From: Elusimicrobiota bacterium
Lineage (GTDB): Bacteria; Elusimicrobiota; UBA8919
Assembly: GCA_003452965.1 (NCBI GenBank)
Contig: DMMW01000010.1
Span: 1-34,525 of the forward strand
Direction of reading: 5' to 3'
Length of the DNA stretch: 34,525 nt
Shown here in pieces: positions 8,001 through 17,549 of this stretch (position 1 is the first letter of the stretch; the number at the start of each line of letters is the position of its first letter). The notes below the pieces were generated by a model. That model was not told the DNA's origin and did not search any database. It saw only the letters and a list, made by a program, of their open reading frames with translations. The position numbers and the translations under genes are program-made.

Positions 8001-8954
8001 ATGGATTTTCAAAAACCAAAGGTTGCAATAATCGGTGCAGGAAGTGTCGGTAGTACATTTGCTTTCAGTTTGATGAATAGCGGCCTGTCAAGAGAAATTG
8101 TTCTAATTGATAGGAATGCATTACGTGCAAAAGGTGAATGCATGGATTTGAATCATGGGATAAGTTTCACTCAACCTGCAAAAATTTATTCAGCGGGATA
8201 TGAAGGTTGTGAAAATGCAGATGTTATAGTTATAACGGCAGGAGCTAAACAAATTCCGGGTCAGTCAAGAATAGATTTGGTGCAACAAAATACCGAAATA
8301 TTCAAGGATATAATTCCTAAAATAATAAAATATGCCAAAGATGCGGTAATTTTAGTTGTTTCAAATCCGGTAGATATATTAACATATGTAACTTTGAAAA
8401 TTTCCGGATTTCCTTCAAATAGAGTAATAGGCTCCGGGACTGTCTTGGATACAGCAAGATTCAAATATTTAATTAGTGAACATTGCGGGATAGATTCAAG
8501 AAATATTCATGCTTATGTTATTGGTGAACATGGAGACACAGAACTTCCCGTGTTAAGCAATGCAAACATTGGCGGAATGGTATTGTCAAAATATTGTGCA
8601 ATATGTTCCAGACATTGCGACAATAGTAGGAGCGAATTGGAAAAGATATTCAGTGAGGTTAAAAATGCTGCTTACAAAATAATTGAAGCAAAAGGTGCGA
8701 CCTATTACGCTGTTGCCTTGGCATTAGTCAAGATAACGGGCTCAATATTAAGAAATGAGAATTCTATTTTACCGGTTTCAACTCTAATTAATGATTATTA
8801 CAACATCTCTAATATATGTCTCAGTATTCCGGCTATAGTTAATAAAAACGGTGTTGAAAAATTTTTAAGAATAGAATTATCAGAACAGGAACAAACACAG
8901 CTTAAAAGTTCTGCAGATTCATTAAAAGAAATATTAGAAAAAATTAAGTTCTAA
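8001..8954 (+). CDS. ldh: L-lactate dehydrogenase.
   Basis: KVAIIGAGSVGST NAD motif. AGAKQIPGQSRIDL has the LDH-specific Gln, not the MDH Arg. IGEHGDT catalytic His. Start trimmed to ATG 8001 (7992 is also possible) because the upstream part of the long ORF is the tandem repeat. Confidence 0.85.
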   Translation: MDFQKPKVAIIGAGSVGSTFAFSLMNSGLSREIVLIDRNALRAKGECMDLNHGISFTQPAKIYSAGYEGCENADVIVITAGAKQIPGQSRIDLVQQNTEIFKDIIPKIIKYAKDAVILVVSNPVDILTYVTLKISGFPSNRVIGSGTVLDTARFKYLISEHCGIDSRNIHAYVIGEHGDTELPVLSNANIGGMVLSKYCAICSRHCDNSRSELEKIFSEVKNAAYKIIEAKGATYYAVALALVKITGSILRNENSILPVSTLINDYYNISNICLSIPAIVNKNGVEKFLRIELSEQEQTQLKSSADSLKEILEKIKF

Positions 8955-8964
8955 TTTGTTGTTC

Positions 8965-8993
8965 TTGACATACTTTACGAGACGGTATATAAT
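8965..8993 (+). promoter_or_regulatory. Perfect-consensus sigma70 promoter TTGACA-17 nt-TATAAT, about 60 nt upstream of otsA.
   Basis: Read directly: TTGACA 8965-8970, TATAAT 8988-8993. Confidence 0.6.
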
Positions 8994-9052
8994 TAAAGGT
9001 GTTCCAACCTCTATACTCTATATGCTAATCTCTGTTGTTATTAGGAGGCAAA

Positions 9053-10516
9053 ATGTGGGATAAGAATGTTCTGCAAGATTTAATGAAGGAAAAATTGGCA
9101 AAATATAAATTTATTATAGTTTCCAATAGACAGCCTTATGTTTTTGATTATGTTGGAAGAAAAGTTAAATGTACAAAAACTATAGGTGGTTTGGTAACAG
9201 CAATGGATCCCGTAATGCAGGCCTCAGAAGGTGTATGGGTAGCTGCTTCTTCAGGTGATGCCGATAACAGTGTTATTGACAAAAATAATATTGTAAAAGT
9301 TCCTCCTGAAAAATCTGCATATTCAATGAAATTGATAAATCTAACAAAAAATGAAGAACAAGGTTATTATTACGGTTATTCAAATCAGGCATTATGGCCG
9401 TTAAGTCATATTGCGTATCGTCAGCCCAATTTTATGCATTCCGATTGGGAGACTTATAAAAATGTAAATAAAAGATTTGCAGAAAGTGTTCTGGAATTGT
9501 TTGATGATAAGCAGCCTTTTATTTGGTTACAGGATTATCATTTAACTCTTTGTGCAAAATACATAAAAGAAAAAAAACCGGAAGCGGTGAGTTCCCTTTT
9601 TTGGCATATACCATGGCCAAATCCGGAAGTTTTCAGAGTATGTCCTCAGAAAACTGAAATTTTAGAGGGATTGTTAGCGAATGATTTATTGGGTTTTCAT
9701 ATCAAATATCATTGTCATAATTTTCTTGAAACATGTGAAATTGAATTAGAATCAAAAGTTGACTGGGAAGAATCAGCAGTAACGTATAAGGGACATAAGA
9801 CTTTAATTAAAGATTTTCCTATAAGTGTGGATTTTGAATCATTGTCTGAAATGGCTGGTAGTGCAGATGTTACTAAAAAGGTCGAGGATTTGTCTTTTGA
9901 AATAGACCCTCCGTATGAAATTCTTGCACTGAGTATTGACAGAGTTGATTATACAAAAGGTATAATTGAAAAAATTCGGGCTGTAGATAAATTTTTAGAA
10001 AAATATCCTGAATACCATAAAAAATTCGTTTTTTTTCAAAAGGGTGCGCTTAGCAGATTACATATTAAGGCATATAAGGAATTAATAGATGAAATTCAAG
10101 CGTTGACTGAGGAAATAAACTGGAAATATCGTTCCGGCAATTGGTATCCGATTGTGCTTTTAAACAAGAAAATTGATTATACAACGCATATCGCTTTATA
10201 TCGGGCATGCGATTTGTGTTTGGTAGGTTCTCTTCATGATGGAATGAATTTGGTTGCAAAAGAATTTATCTCTGCTAATGTTGATATAAAAGGCATTCTA
10301 ATGTTATCAAAATTCACAGGTGCCGCTAGGGAACTGAAAGATGCTGTTCTGGTAAATCCGTACGATACCGAAGGTTTTGCTGATGCTATAAAAATGGCGA
10401 TTGAAATTCCGCCCAATGAAAAAAAGGAACAGATAAAAAGGATGCGCGAACATATTCAAGAAAACAATATTTATAAGTGGGCTGGCAAGTTTATAAGCAC
10501 ATTAATAAAAATATAA
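9053..10516 (+). CDS. otsA: Trehalose-6-phosphate synthase (GT20, OtsA family).
   Basis: GT20 motifs: SNRQPY, GGLVTA, LWPLSHIAYRQ, WLQDYHLTL, FWHIPWP, GFHIKYHCHNF. Start at ATG 9053 with SD AGGAGG 4 nt upstream. Confidence 0.9.
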   Translation: MWDKNVLQDLMKEKLAKYKFIIVSNRQPYVFDYVGRKVKCTKTIGGLVTAMDPVMQASEGVWVAASSGDADNSVIDKNNIVKVPPEKSAYSMKLINLTKNEEQGYYYGYSNQALWPLSHIAYRQPNFMHSDWETYKNVNKRFAESVLELFDDKQPFIWLQDYHLTLCAKYIKEKKPEAVSSLFWHIPWPNPEVFRVCPQKTEILEGLLANDLLGFHIKYHCHNFLETCEIELESKVDWEESAVTYKGHKTLIKDFPISVDFESLSEMAGSADVTKKVEDLSFEIDPPYEILALSIDRVDYTKGIIEKIRAVDKFLEKYPEYHKKFVFFQKGALSRLHIKAYKELIDEIQALTEEINWKYRSGNWYPIVLLNKKIDYTTHIALYRACDLCLVGSLHDGMNLVAKEFISANVDIKGILMLSKFTGAARELKDAVLVNPYDTEGFADAIKMAIEIPPNEKKEQIKRMREHIQENNIYKWAGKFISTLIKI

Positions 10517-10536
10517 AAGCGGGCTATAGCACATAT

Positions 10537-12009
10537 ATGATTAAATTAATAAAAAAAATGTCTTTTAAATTAAAATTGATTATAATTATTTCTTTTATAA
10601 ATATTTTGGTTATATCTATTATTTCATATATAAGCATGCTCCACATGGAAAGAAGTTTAAAAGAGAGAATGGAATTAAGAACCAAGGTGATTGTTGATGT
10701 AATAGTACATAGCATTGATGACGAGACAAAATTAAAACGAGAGGTAATAGAAGAATATTCTAACTTTATTATCAATGAACGGGAGATACAATATATAGCA
10801 TTTTTTGATAAAAGAAATAATTTAATAAGTATAGCCGGTGAACGTGGAAAAACTGAAATTAAATTTGTTACAGAAAATATATTTGATATGCAAGATAATA
10901 TATACGATGTTTACGGGGAGATAATAGGAAAAAATAAAATAAAAATAGGTTCTATAATAGTAGGATTCCCGATTACAAAGCTGAAGCAGGCAATTAATAA
11001 AGGAGTAGTAACAAGTATAATATTATGGTTAATAGCTATCGTCGTGATAATGATTTTTAATTATTCAAGTTTAACATATTTTTTACGACCTATCAGAGAT
11101 TTATTTCGTGCAGCTGAATGTGTTTCCAAAAGGGACTTTAATTGCAAGATACCTGTTTATAATGCTGATGAAATCGGAAAAATATCAGAACAATTTAATC
11201 TTATGATAGTTGAATTAGAATCTTTTTATAATTCACTTGAGGAAAAAGTTAAAATAGCAACTAATGGATTAGAAGCATCAAATGAAAAATTAAAAGAGAA
11301 AACAAAAGAGTTGGAAGAAATGGATAAAAGGAAAACAGAGTTTGTTTCCATTGTCGCCCATGATTTAAGGTCGCCTCTTACTTCAATGATGGGTTTTGCG
11401 GATACATTAAACAATGAAAATTTAAATTTAAGCGAACAAGACAAAAAAAGATATATAAATATAATACGCACTGAAACGCGGCGACTATCAAAGCTAATTT
11501 CAAATTTCCTTGATATATCTTTAATTGAAGAAAACAAAATTGTTATGGATGCTGAAAAAACAGATTTAGAAGAATTAATTAATGATGTGCTTAATTCTAT
11601 GAGCGAAAACATAATAAAAGGGATAAGAATATCGCTTGAAGTTGGAGAAGATATTCCTCAAATTTATATGGACAGAGATAGAATAATTCAAGTTTTACAG
11701 AATCTCATTATCAATGCATTAAAATATTCACCTGAGATGTCTGAGATTAAAATTATAGCCAAAAGGTTTCCCGATGAAGTAAGGATAAGTGTAATAGACC
11801 AAGGTCCTGGAATACCGGACAGGCAAAAAGAAAAAATATTTAATAAATTTAGCAAATTGAGTGAACAAAAAGCAAAAAAGGAGTCTGGAATAGGTTTAGG
11901 ATTGTTCATAGCAAAATCTATTGTTAATCTGCATGGTGGCAAAATATGGGTTGAAGATGCTGAAAATAAAGGCAGTAATTTTTCATTTACATTGCCAATA
12001 AAGGAATAA
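10537..12009 (+). CDS. Membrane sensor histidine kinase (2 TM, HAMP, HisKA, HATPase_c). No response regulator adjacent.
   Basis: H-box VAHDLRSPLTSM, N-box NLIINALKYS, G1 DQGPGIP, G2 GIGLGLFIAKSIVNLHGG. Start chosen at ATG 10537 so it does not overlap otsA. 10558 is an alternative. Confidence 0.8.
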   Translation: MIKLIKKMSFKLKLIIIISFINILVISIISYISMLHMERSLKERMELRTKVIVDVIVHSIDDETKLKREVIEEYSNFIINEREIQYIAFFDKRNNLISIAGERGKTEIKFVTENIFDMQDNIYDVYGEIIGKNKIKIGSIIVGFPITKLKQAINKGVVTSIILWLIAIVVIMIFNYSSLTYFLRPIRDLFRAAECVSKRDFNCKIPVYNADEIGKISEQFNLMIVELESFYNSLEEKVKIATNGLEASNEKLKEKTKELEEMDKRKTEFVSIVAHDLRSPLTSMMGFADTLNNENLNLSEQDKKRYINIIRTETRRLSKLISNFLDISLIEENKIVMDAEKTDLEELINDVLNSMSENIIKGIRISLEVGEDIPQIYMDRDRIIQVLQNLIINALKYSPEMSEIKIIAKRFPDEVRISVIDQGPGIPDRQKEKIFNKFSKLSEQKAKKESGIGLGLFIAKSIVNLHGGKIWVEDAENKGSNFSFTLPIKE

Positions 12010-12013
12010 AGTA

Positions 12014-13417
12014 GTGTTTAGAAAATATTTTCCGAAAGAAATAAAAATAAAACAAAGAGTTTTTGAACAGAGTATTCTAATAGCAAGTATCGTAAAATGG
12101 ACTTTATTGGCGATAATAATAGGAACTGTTGTAGGATTTTCTACCGGACTATTTTTATTTTCTTTGGATATTACAATTAGTTTTTTTAATAGATTTAATT
12201 ATTATTTTTTTATTTTACCAATAATTATTTTACTTATTGCCATAACAATAAGGAATATTTCTCCTGAATCGGAGGGACATGGCACAGAAAAAGTTATAGA
12301 ATCTATTCATAAAACACACGGACAAATTTCTTGGAAGGTTATACCCATCAAAGCCATAACTTCGATTCTTACTATTACTTTCGGAGGTTCGGTAGGTAAG
12401 GAAGGCCCTTGCGCACAGATAGGGGGTGGAATAGCTTCTTTATTCTCAAACATTTTAAAATTTCATCCAATTGACCGTAAAAAACTTGTAATTTGTGGAA
12501 TAAGTGCCGGTTTTGCTGCCGTTTTTGGAACTCCTATTGCTGGTGCGCTTTTCGGTGTTGAGGTTTTGTTCATAGGACAGATTTTTTATGAAGTATTATA
12601 TCCGTCTTTCATTGCTGGAATTGTGGGTTTTCAAACCTGCAGATTATTCGGTATAACATATTTCACACATCCGATAAATCTTGTCCCTAAATTTACTGAT
12701 TTATTTTTATTAAAAGTAGTTGCTTTTTCAATTCTTATTGGTTTGGTTGCATATTTATTCATTGAGACATTAAATTTCACCCATAAAAAGTTCAAAAAGA
12801 TTCCTTATAAAAAGAGAGCTATATTAGGTGGTTTATTAGTTGTATTTATTGTACAGGTTACTTCTCGGAGATATCTTGGACTTGGATTGGATACTATAGC
12901 GCAAGCTATCAATGGTGAACATATACCTAAACTTGCTTTTTTGTGGAAGACAATAGTAACATCTATTACATTGTCATGTGGCGGTAGTGGTGGGATTGTG
13001 ACTCCTATTTTTTACGTAGGTGCTGCAAGCGGGAACTTGTTTGCAAGGATATTTAATTTTGATTTAGGTACATTTTCAGCAATTGGTATGACATCTCTTC
13101 TTGCTGCCTGCACAAATACACCAATTGCCTCATCAGTTATGGCGATAGAGTTATTTGGACCCAAAGTGGGTATTTATTCTGCGATTTGTTCAATTATTAG
13201 TTTTACTATAGTTGGCTACAGGTCTGTATATCCAAGCCAAATATTAGGTGTTCTAAAAAGCCAGAGTTTCAAGGTGGAATTAAATAAAGAAATTAAGGAT
13301 GTAGAAAGCACGGAACAATTCAAGATGTTTTCACAACGAAATACATTAACACATATTATAATATCAATATATTTAAAGATAAAAAAATGTAGATTATTCA
13401 TGAAAAAAAAGAAATGA
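12014..13417 (+). CDS. ClC-family voltage-gated chloride channel / H+-Cl- antiporter.
   Basis: GSVGKEGP and GFAAVFGTPIAGALFGVE selectivity-filter motifs. Many TM segments. GTG start with AAGGA upstream. Its stop overlaps the ATG of the otsB 5' duplicate (ATGA). Confidence 0.8.
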   Translation: MFRKYFPKEIKIKQRVFEQSILIASIVKWTLLAIIIGTVVGFSTGLFLFSLDITISFFNRFNYYFFILPIIILLIAITIRNISPESEGHGTEKVIESIHKTHGQISWKVIPIKAITSILTITFGGSVGKEGPCAQIGGGIASLFSNILKFHPIDRKKLVICGISAGFAAVFGTPIAGALFGVEVLFIGQIFYEVLYPSFIAGIVGFQTCRLFGITYFTHPINLVPKFTDLFLLKVVAFSILIGLVAYLFIETLNFTHKKFKKIPYKKRAILGGLLVVFIVQVTSRRYLGLGLDTIAQAINGEHIPKLAFLWKTIVTSITLSCGGSGGIVTPIFYVGAASGNLFARIFNFDLGTFSAIGMTSLLAACTNTPIASSVMAIELFGPKVGIYSAICSIISFTIVGYRSVYPSQILGVLKSQSFKVELNKEIKDVESTEQFKMFSQRNTLTHIIISIYLKIKKCRLFMKKKK

Positions 13418-13479
13418 AATATTTTTTTAAAGAATTAGGAAAAATAAAAGGGTACAAAATATTAAGAAAATTATGAAAA
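13414..13479 (+). pseudogene. Duplicated 5' end of otsB (first ~14 codons, then diverged and closed by a stop).
   Basis: 13414-13451 is identical to 13703-13740 (ATGAAATATTTTTTTAAAGAATTAGGAAAAATAAA). Similarity continues with a 12-nt deletion. Confidence 0.6.
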
Positions 13480-13507
13480 ATCATGGTTTTTCACTAGACG
13501 CGATATT

Positions 13508-13531
13508 TTCATCAAGGCATGCCTTGATGAA
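13508..13531. promoter_or_regulatory. 24-bp perfect palindrome TTCATCAAGGCA|TGCCTTGATGAA inside the ~225-bp insert between the otsB 5' duplicate and otsB. Candidate dimeric-regulator operator or hairpin.
   Basis: Read directly and checked base by base. Confidence 0.5.
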
Positions 13532-13702
13532 CGGCTCAAAAAACACTAAAATTTCAAAACTCACTTGCTATGCTCGTTCAGACAGTTGAAATTTTTTAAC
13601 GGTTTTTTATCGCCTAAATATCGCTATATCGTTCAAAACCAGATTTTTCGATAATGTAATTATTCTTGAAAGATGTGAATTATTTTTTAAAAAAAATAAA
13701 AA

Positions 13703-14473
13703 ATGAAATATTTTTTTAAAGAATTAGGAAAAATAAAGAAAAAAATAAAAGGATATAAAATATTACTCTGCCTGGATTATGATGGTACTCTAACCCCCAT
13801 AGTTAAAAAGCCAGAATATGCCAAACTCGGGCAAAACATTAAGCATGCTTTAGAAAACATTAAAAGTAATAAAAATATTATATTGGCTATAATATCAGGC
13901 AGGACTTTATCAGGAATAAAAAAATTAGTCAATCTTAGAAATGTTATTTATGCAGGCAATCACGGTTTTGAAATAGAGATAGGCAGGGATGTTTTTATCC
14001 ATCGGGGACTCAAGGAAGCTATTCCGATAATCAGCAAAATAAAAAAAGCGATAAGTAAAAAAATAAAAGGAATACGGGGTGCATTTATTGAGGATAAAGA
14101 ATTTACATTAAGCATTCATTGGCGGTTGGTCAAAAAAAAATATTTAAATAAGTTGTTTCTAATAATTAAAAATATTATACATAATAATAGTAAAATAAGA
14201 TTAACCATAGGTAAAAAGGTATGGGAAATCAGGCCTAATATTGCTTGGGATAAGGGTAAAGCCGTTGAATTAATATATTCAAAAGTAAATAAAAATAATA
14301 ATTTAAAAATCATATATATAGGTGATGATACAACTGATGAAGATGCTTTCTCGGTATTGAAAAAAGAAATAACAATAAAAATCGGTAAATCAAATAAGTC
14401 AAAAGCAAAATATTATTTAAAAAAACAATCAGAAATAAAAAATATTCTCAATTTATTGAGTAATATAGGCTGA
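13703..14473 (+). CDS. otsB: Trehalose-6-phosphate phosphatase (HAD superfamily, OtsB).
   Basis: HAD motif I LDYDGTL. Motifs III/IV KG...IYIGDDTTDEDAF. 256 aa. Confidence 0.85.
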   Translation: MKYFFKELGKIKKKIKGYKILLCLDYDGTLTPIVKKPEYAKLGQNIKHALENIKSNKNIILAIISGRTLSGIKKLVNLRNVIYAGNHGFEIEIGRDVFIHRGLKEAIPIISKIKKAISKKIKGIRGAFIEDKEFTLSIHWRLVKKKYLNKLFLIIKNIIHNNSKIRLTIGKKVWEIRPNIAWDKGKAVELIYSKVNKNNNLKIIYIGDDTTDEDAFSVLKKEITIKIGKSNKSKAKYYLKKQSEIKNILNLLSNIG

Positions 14474-14484
14474 TAATATATTTT

Positions 14485-15132
14485 ATGAATAATCCGTTTA
14501 TTTTCTTTACACGTTTCAATCTCACCGAGCTTTTAGGGATAAAGGCAAAGAACATAATAGAACTTCTTGAAGGCATTAAATCTGTTCCGGGTTCATCCAT
14601 TTATTTTCATACGCACAGATATATTCAGCAGCACCATTTTTTATCTCCCGAGCCACCGAATGATTTTGCCTATTGGGTTACAAATATTTTACAGGAAGAT
14701 AAACTTGGCGAGCGGTTGGCATCAATTGATATAATACAATTCAAAAAAATTTCAGATATTAGAGAAATATTTATTACAATAATAGAACAATACATAAACA
14801 GAAATCCGTCAAGCAGACAAGCATATGAAGGGGAACAGTTCCACTTTATGAAATCAATCTCATTTATAATGAAAACCCAATATTCTGCAAAGGATTTGAA
14901 GGAATTTCTCGAAATTGTAAAAAAAGTATCTATACACTCCATATATTTCCATATGTTTGAAGCGCGGCTTCGTCTTGAAAAAGTGGAAAATGATTTTTCG
15001 TACTGGATGACAACTGAGTTAAGAGAGGGGGATTTAGCGGATAAGATATCAAAACTGGACCCATATACTCAAACATTGGAATCATTAAGAAATGAAATAA
15101 TATTTTTGATTGAAAAGAGAATAAATGGCTAA
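14485..15132 (+). CDS. Hypothetical protein made of two ~90-aa internal repeats. Its end overlaps the treT start by 8 nt.
   Basis: Repeat 1 SSIYFHTHRY...NDFAYWVTNILQEDKLGERLASIDIIQFKK. Repeat 2 HSIYFHMFEARL...NDFSYWMTTELREGDLADKISKLD. No family recognised. Confidence 0.55.
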   Translation: MNNPFIFFTRFNLTELLGIKAKNIIELLEGIKSVPGSSIYFHTHRYIQQHHFLSPEPPNDFAYWVTNILQEDKLGERLASIDIIQFKKISDIREIFITIIEQYINRNPSSRQAYEGEQFHFMKSISFIMKTQYSAKDLKEFLEIVKKVSIHSIYFHMFEARLRLEKVENDFSYWMTTELREGDLADKISKLDPYTQTLESLRNEIIFLIEKRING

Positions 15133-16357
15133 AATAAATGATTATATTAAAATAGTAGGTGAGGATATAATAGAAGAGTTAAAAATCCTTAGTGAAAGAT
15201 TAAAAGGTAAAGTTATCCAAAATATCAATTCTACCTCTGTAGGTGGAGGTGTTGCAGAGATATTGAACAGAATAGTTCCGCTAATGAATGAACTTGGAGT
15301 GGATACCCGTTGGGATTTGATAAAAGGCGGCGAAAGATTTTTCAATATAACAAAGAGATTTCACAATACGCTGCATGGCATACCAGCCGAAATAAGCGAC
15401 GAAGAATTTGATTATTTTTTACAAGTGGAAAACGAGAACGCACAAGCGATAAATTTTTATGGCGATGTGATATTGATTCATGACCCGCAACCAATCGGGC
15501 TTATCAACAGAAAAAAAGATTTCGGTAATAATAAGAAGTGGATATGGAGATGCCATATTGACATTTCCCATCCCGAAATTAAGGTATGGGATTTTTTAAA
15601 GCAGTTTATTAATTCATACGATGCATCAATATTTTCTGCTCCGGTGTTTTCAAAGGAACTTCCCATAAAACAATTCTTAATCTCACCATCTATAGATCCG
15701 CTTTCCGATAAAAACAAAGAACTTGATGCATCTACTATTGATTCTGTTTTATATAAATATAAAATTACCAAAGATAAACCGATTATAACACAGATTTCAC
15801 GCTATGATATATTGAAAGACCCGCTTGGAGTAATAGATGCGTTCAAATTAGTACGGAAACATATTGATTGTCAATTAATACTTGCTGGAAATACAGCTAC
15901 TGATGATCCGGAACATGACAAGGTTTTAAATATGGTAAAAGAGAAAGCTGGAAATGATTCGGATATTCATATACTTGTAATAGAACCTGCAAATAATGAT
16001 ATTGAAATAAACGCTTTACAGCGTGCATCGGATATAGTTTTACAAAAATCACTTAAGGAAGGCTTCGGACTTACAGTTTCTGAAGCACTTTGGAAGAAAA
16101 AACCTGTAATTGCAGGGGCTGTTGGTGGAATTCCGCTACAAATTACGCATAAACATTCTGGAATTCTTACCCATACTGTGGAAGGAACGGCTTATTGGAT
16201 AAAACAACTCATTAATTCGCCTGAATATGCCAAAAAACTCGGTCTAAACGGGCATGAACACATAAAGAACAATTTTCTTCTAACTCGCCATATTCTCGAA
16301 TACTTTCTTTTATTCACTTCACTTTATCACAGCGGTGACATCATCCACCTTAATTAG
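15125..16357 (+). CDS. treT: Trehalose glycosyltransferring synthase (TreT, GT4; NDP-glucose + glucose -> trehalose).
   Basis: Collinear identity blocks with Pyrococcus/Thermococcus TreT: INSTSVGGGVAEIL, FFNITKRFHNTLHG, WRCHIDIS, PSIDPLSDKN, KPIITQISRYD, QRASDIVLQKSLKEGFGLTVSEALWKKKPVIAGAVGGIPLQI. Confidence 0.85.
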   Translation: MAKINDYIKIVGEDIIEELKILSERLKGKVIQNINSTSVGGGVAEILNRIVPLMNELGVDTRWDLIKGGERFFNITKRFHNTLHGIPAEISDEEFDYFLQVENENAQAINFYGDVILIHDPQPIGLINRKKDFGNNKKWIWRCHIDISHPEIKVWDFLKQFINSYDASIFSAPVFSKELPIKQFLISPSIDPLSDKNKELDASTIDSVLYKYKITKDKPIITQISRYDILKDPLGVIDAFKLVRKHIDCQLILAGNTATDDPEHDKVLNMVKEKAGNDSDIHILVIEPANNDIEINALQRASDIVLQKSLKEGFGLTVSEALWKKKPVIAGAVGGIPLQITHKHSGILTHTVEGTAYWIKQLINSPEYAKKLGLNGHEHIKNNFLLTRHILEYFLLFTSLYHSGDIIHLN

Positions 16358-16431
16358 GGTCTGCTGAAAAACTCCATGCCTACACTAAAGCTTCGGCAGG
16401 CAGGCAGCATCCCCCTGATGAATATTCCTAT

Positions 16432-17127
16432 CTAATCTGTATTTTTAATACTCAGGATTTCTTTCAAAGGAACTATTTCATATCCTTTCTTCTTAATTCC
16501 GGTTATTATCTCGGGCAACGCTTCCGCAGTCAGTTTCTTTTCATGCATTAATATTATAGCACCAGGTTTAATTTTATTTAGATATTTTTCTACAAGTTGG
16601 TCCTTTGACATTTTTTTCCAATCGAACCCAAAAGACCAATTAACAATAATATATTTTCTTTCTTTTGCCACCTCTTCAACAACAGGGGAATTAAAACCGT
16701 TCGGCATTCTTAAAAACAGCGGTTTAACATCTGTTATATCCTTTATCATCTCCTCTGTCCTATCAATCTCATCGATTAATATTTTTTTAAATTCGTTTTT
16801 TGTTTTCTTTTTTCTTAAGTTATAAAAACTTAAATGTGAATAGGTATGATTTCCAATTTCCTGCCCGTATTGTATATATTTATTCGCTGAGTTCGGAAAT
16901 CGTGCCATATTAGAACCAAGAATAAAAAAGGTTGCTTTGATTTTCTCCTTTTTTAAAATTTCAAATATTTTATCATGTACAAACGGATTAGGTCCGTCAT
17001 CAAAAGTTAATGTAACCCATTTTTTTGTCGGCAATCCATCGGAATAAAATTTACCGTATTTTAGTTCTTCTGCTTGTAAATTTATACTTAAAAGTAAAAT
17101 ATAAAATATTAATACTATTTTTTTCAT
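16432..17127 (-). CDS. Secreted polysaccharide deacetylase (CE4 / NodB homology domain).
   Basis: Signal peptide MKKIVLIFYILLLSINLQA. TFDDGP and HTYSHLS motifs. Start trimmed to ATG 17127 so it does not overlap the upstream gene. Confidence 0.8.
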   Translation of the reverse strand: MKKIVLIFYILLLSINLQAEELKYGKFYSDGLPTKKWVTLTFDDGPNPFVHDKIFEILKKEKIKATFFILGSNMARFPNSANKYIQYGQEIGNHTYSHLSFYNLRKKKTKNEFKKILIDEIDRTEEMIKDITDVKPLFLRMPNGFNSPVVEEVAKERKYIIVNWSFGFDWKKMSKDQLVEKYLNKIKPGAIILMHEKKLTAEALPEIITGIKKKGYEIVPLKEILSIKNTD

Positions 17128-17134
17128 TTTTTGA

Positions 17135-17497
17135 TTAAACAAGGTAATTCCGTAATTCATCCTCAGAAAAACCAAAGTAATGACCAATTTCATGAATCAC
17201 CGTTTTTATTATCTGGGTTTCCATTTCTTCTTGTTCTGTGAAAGCCATTACAAAACTTTCTTTATATAATTCAATTCTCGTCGGTTCACTCTGTATATTG
17301 AAAATGGAACGTTTATTGTGCGGAACACCTATGAATACACCAAATACAATACTGTTCTTAAATTTATCCTTAACAGCAGCCGGCACACTTTCTCTTGGAA
17401 GTAACCTAATATTCTCTTTTTCTAATATTTTTTTAAATTTCCTGGGAATTCTATTAAAGGCTTCTTCAATAATTTTTTCAAATTGATTCATATCCAT
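17135..17497 (-). CDS. Small zincin-like metallopeptidase (Zincin_1 / former DUF1025 family).
   Basis: 120 aa with a C-terminal HEIGHYFG HExxH motif, as in the ~120-aa 'possible zinc metallopeptidase' family. Confidence 0.6.
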   Translation of the reverse strand: MDMNQFEKIIEEAFNRIPRKFKKILEKENIRLLPRESVPAAVKDKFKNSIVFGVFIGVPHNKRSIFNIQSEPTRIELYKESFVMAFTEQEEMETQIIKTVIHEIGHYFGFSEDELRNYLV

Positions 17498-17549
17498 ATT
17501 TAATCAGAAATATTTAATTAAGGACAGCTATCCCTAATTATCCCTCTAA

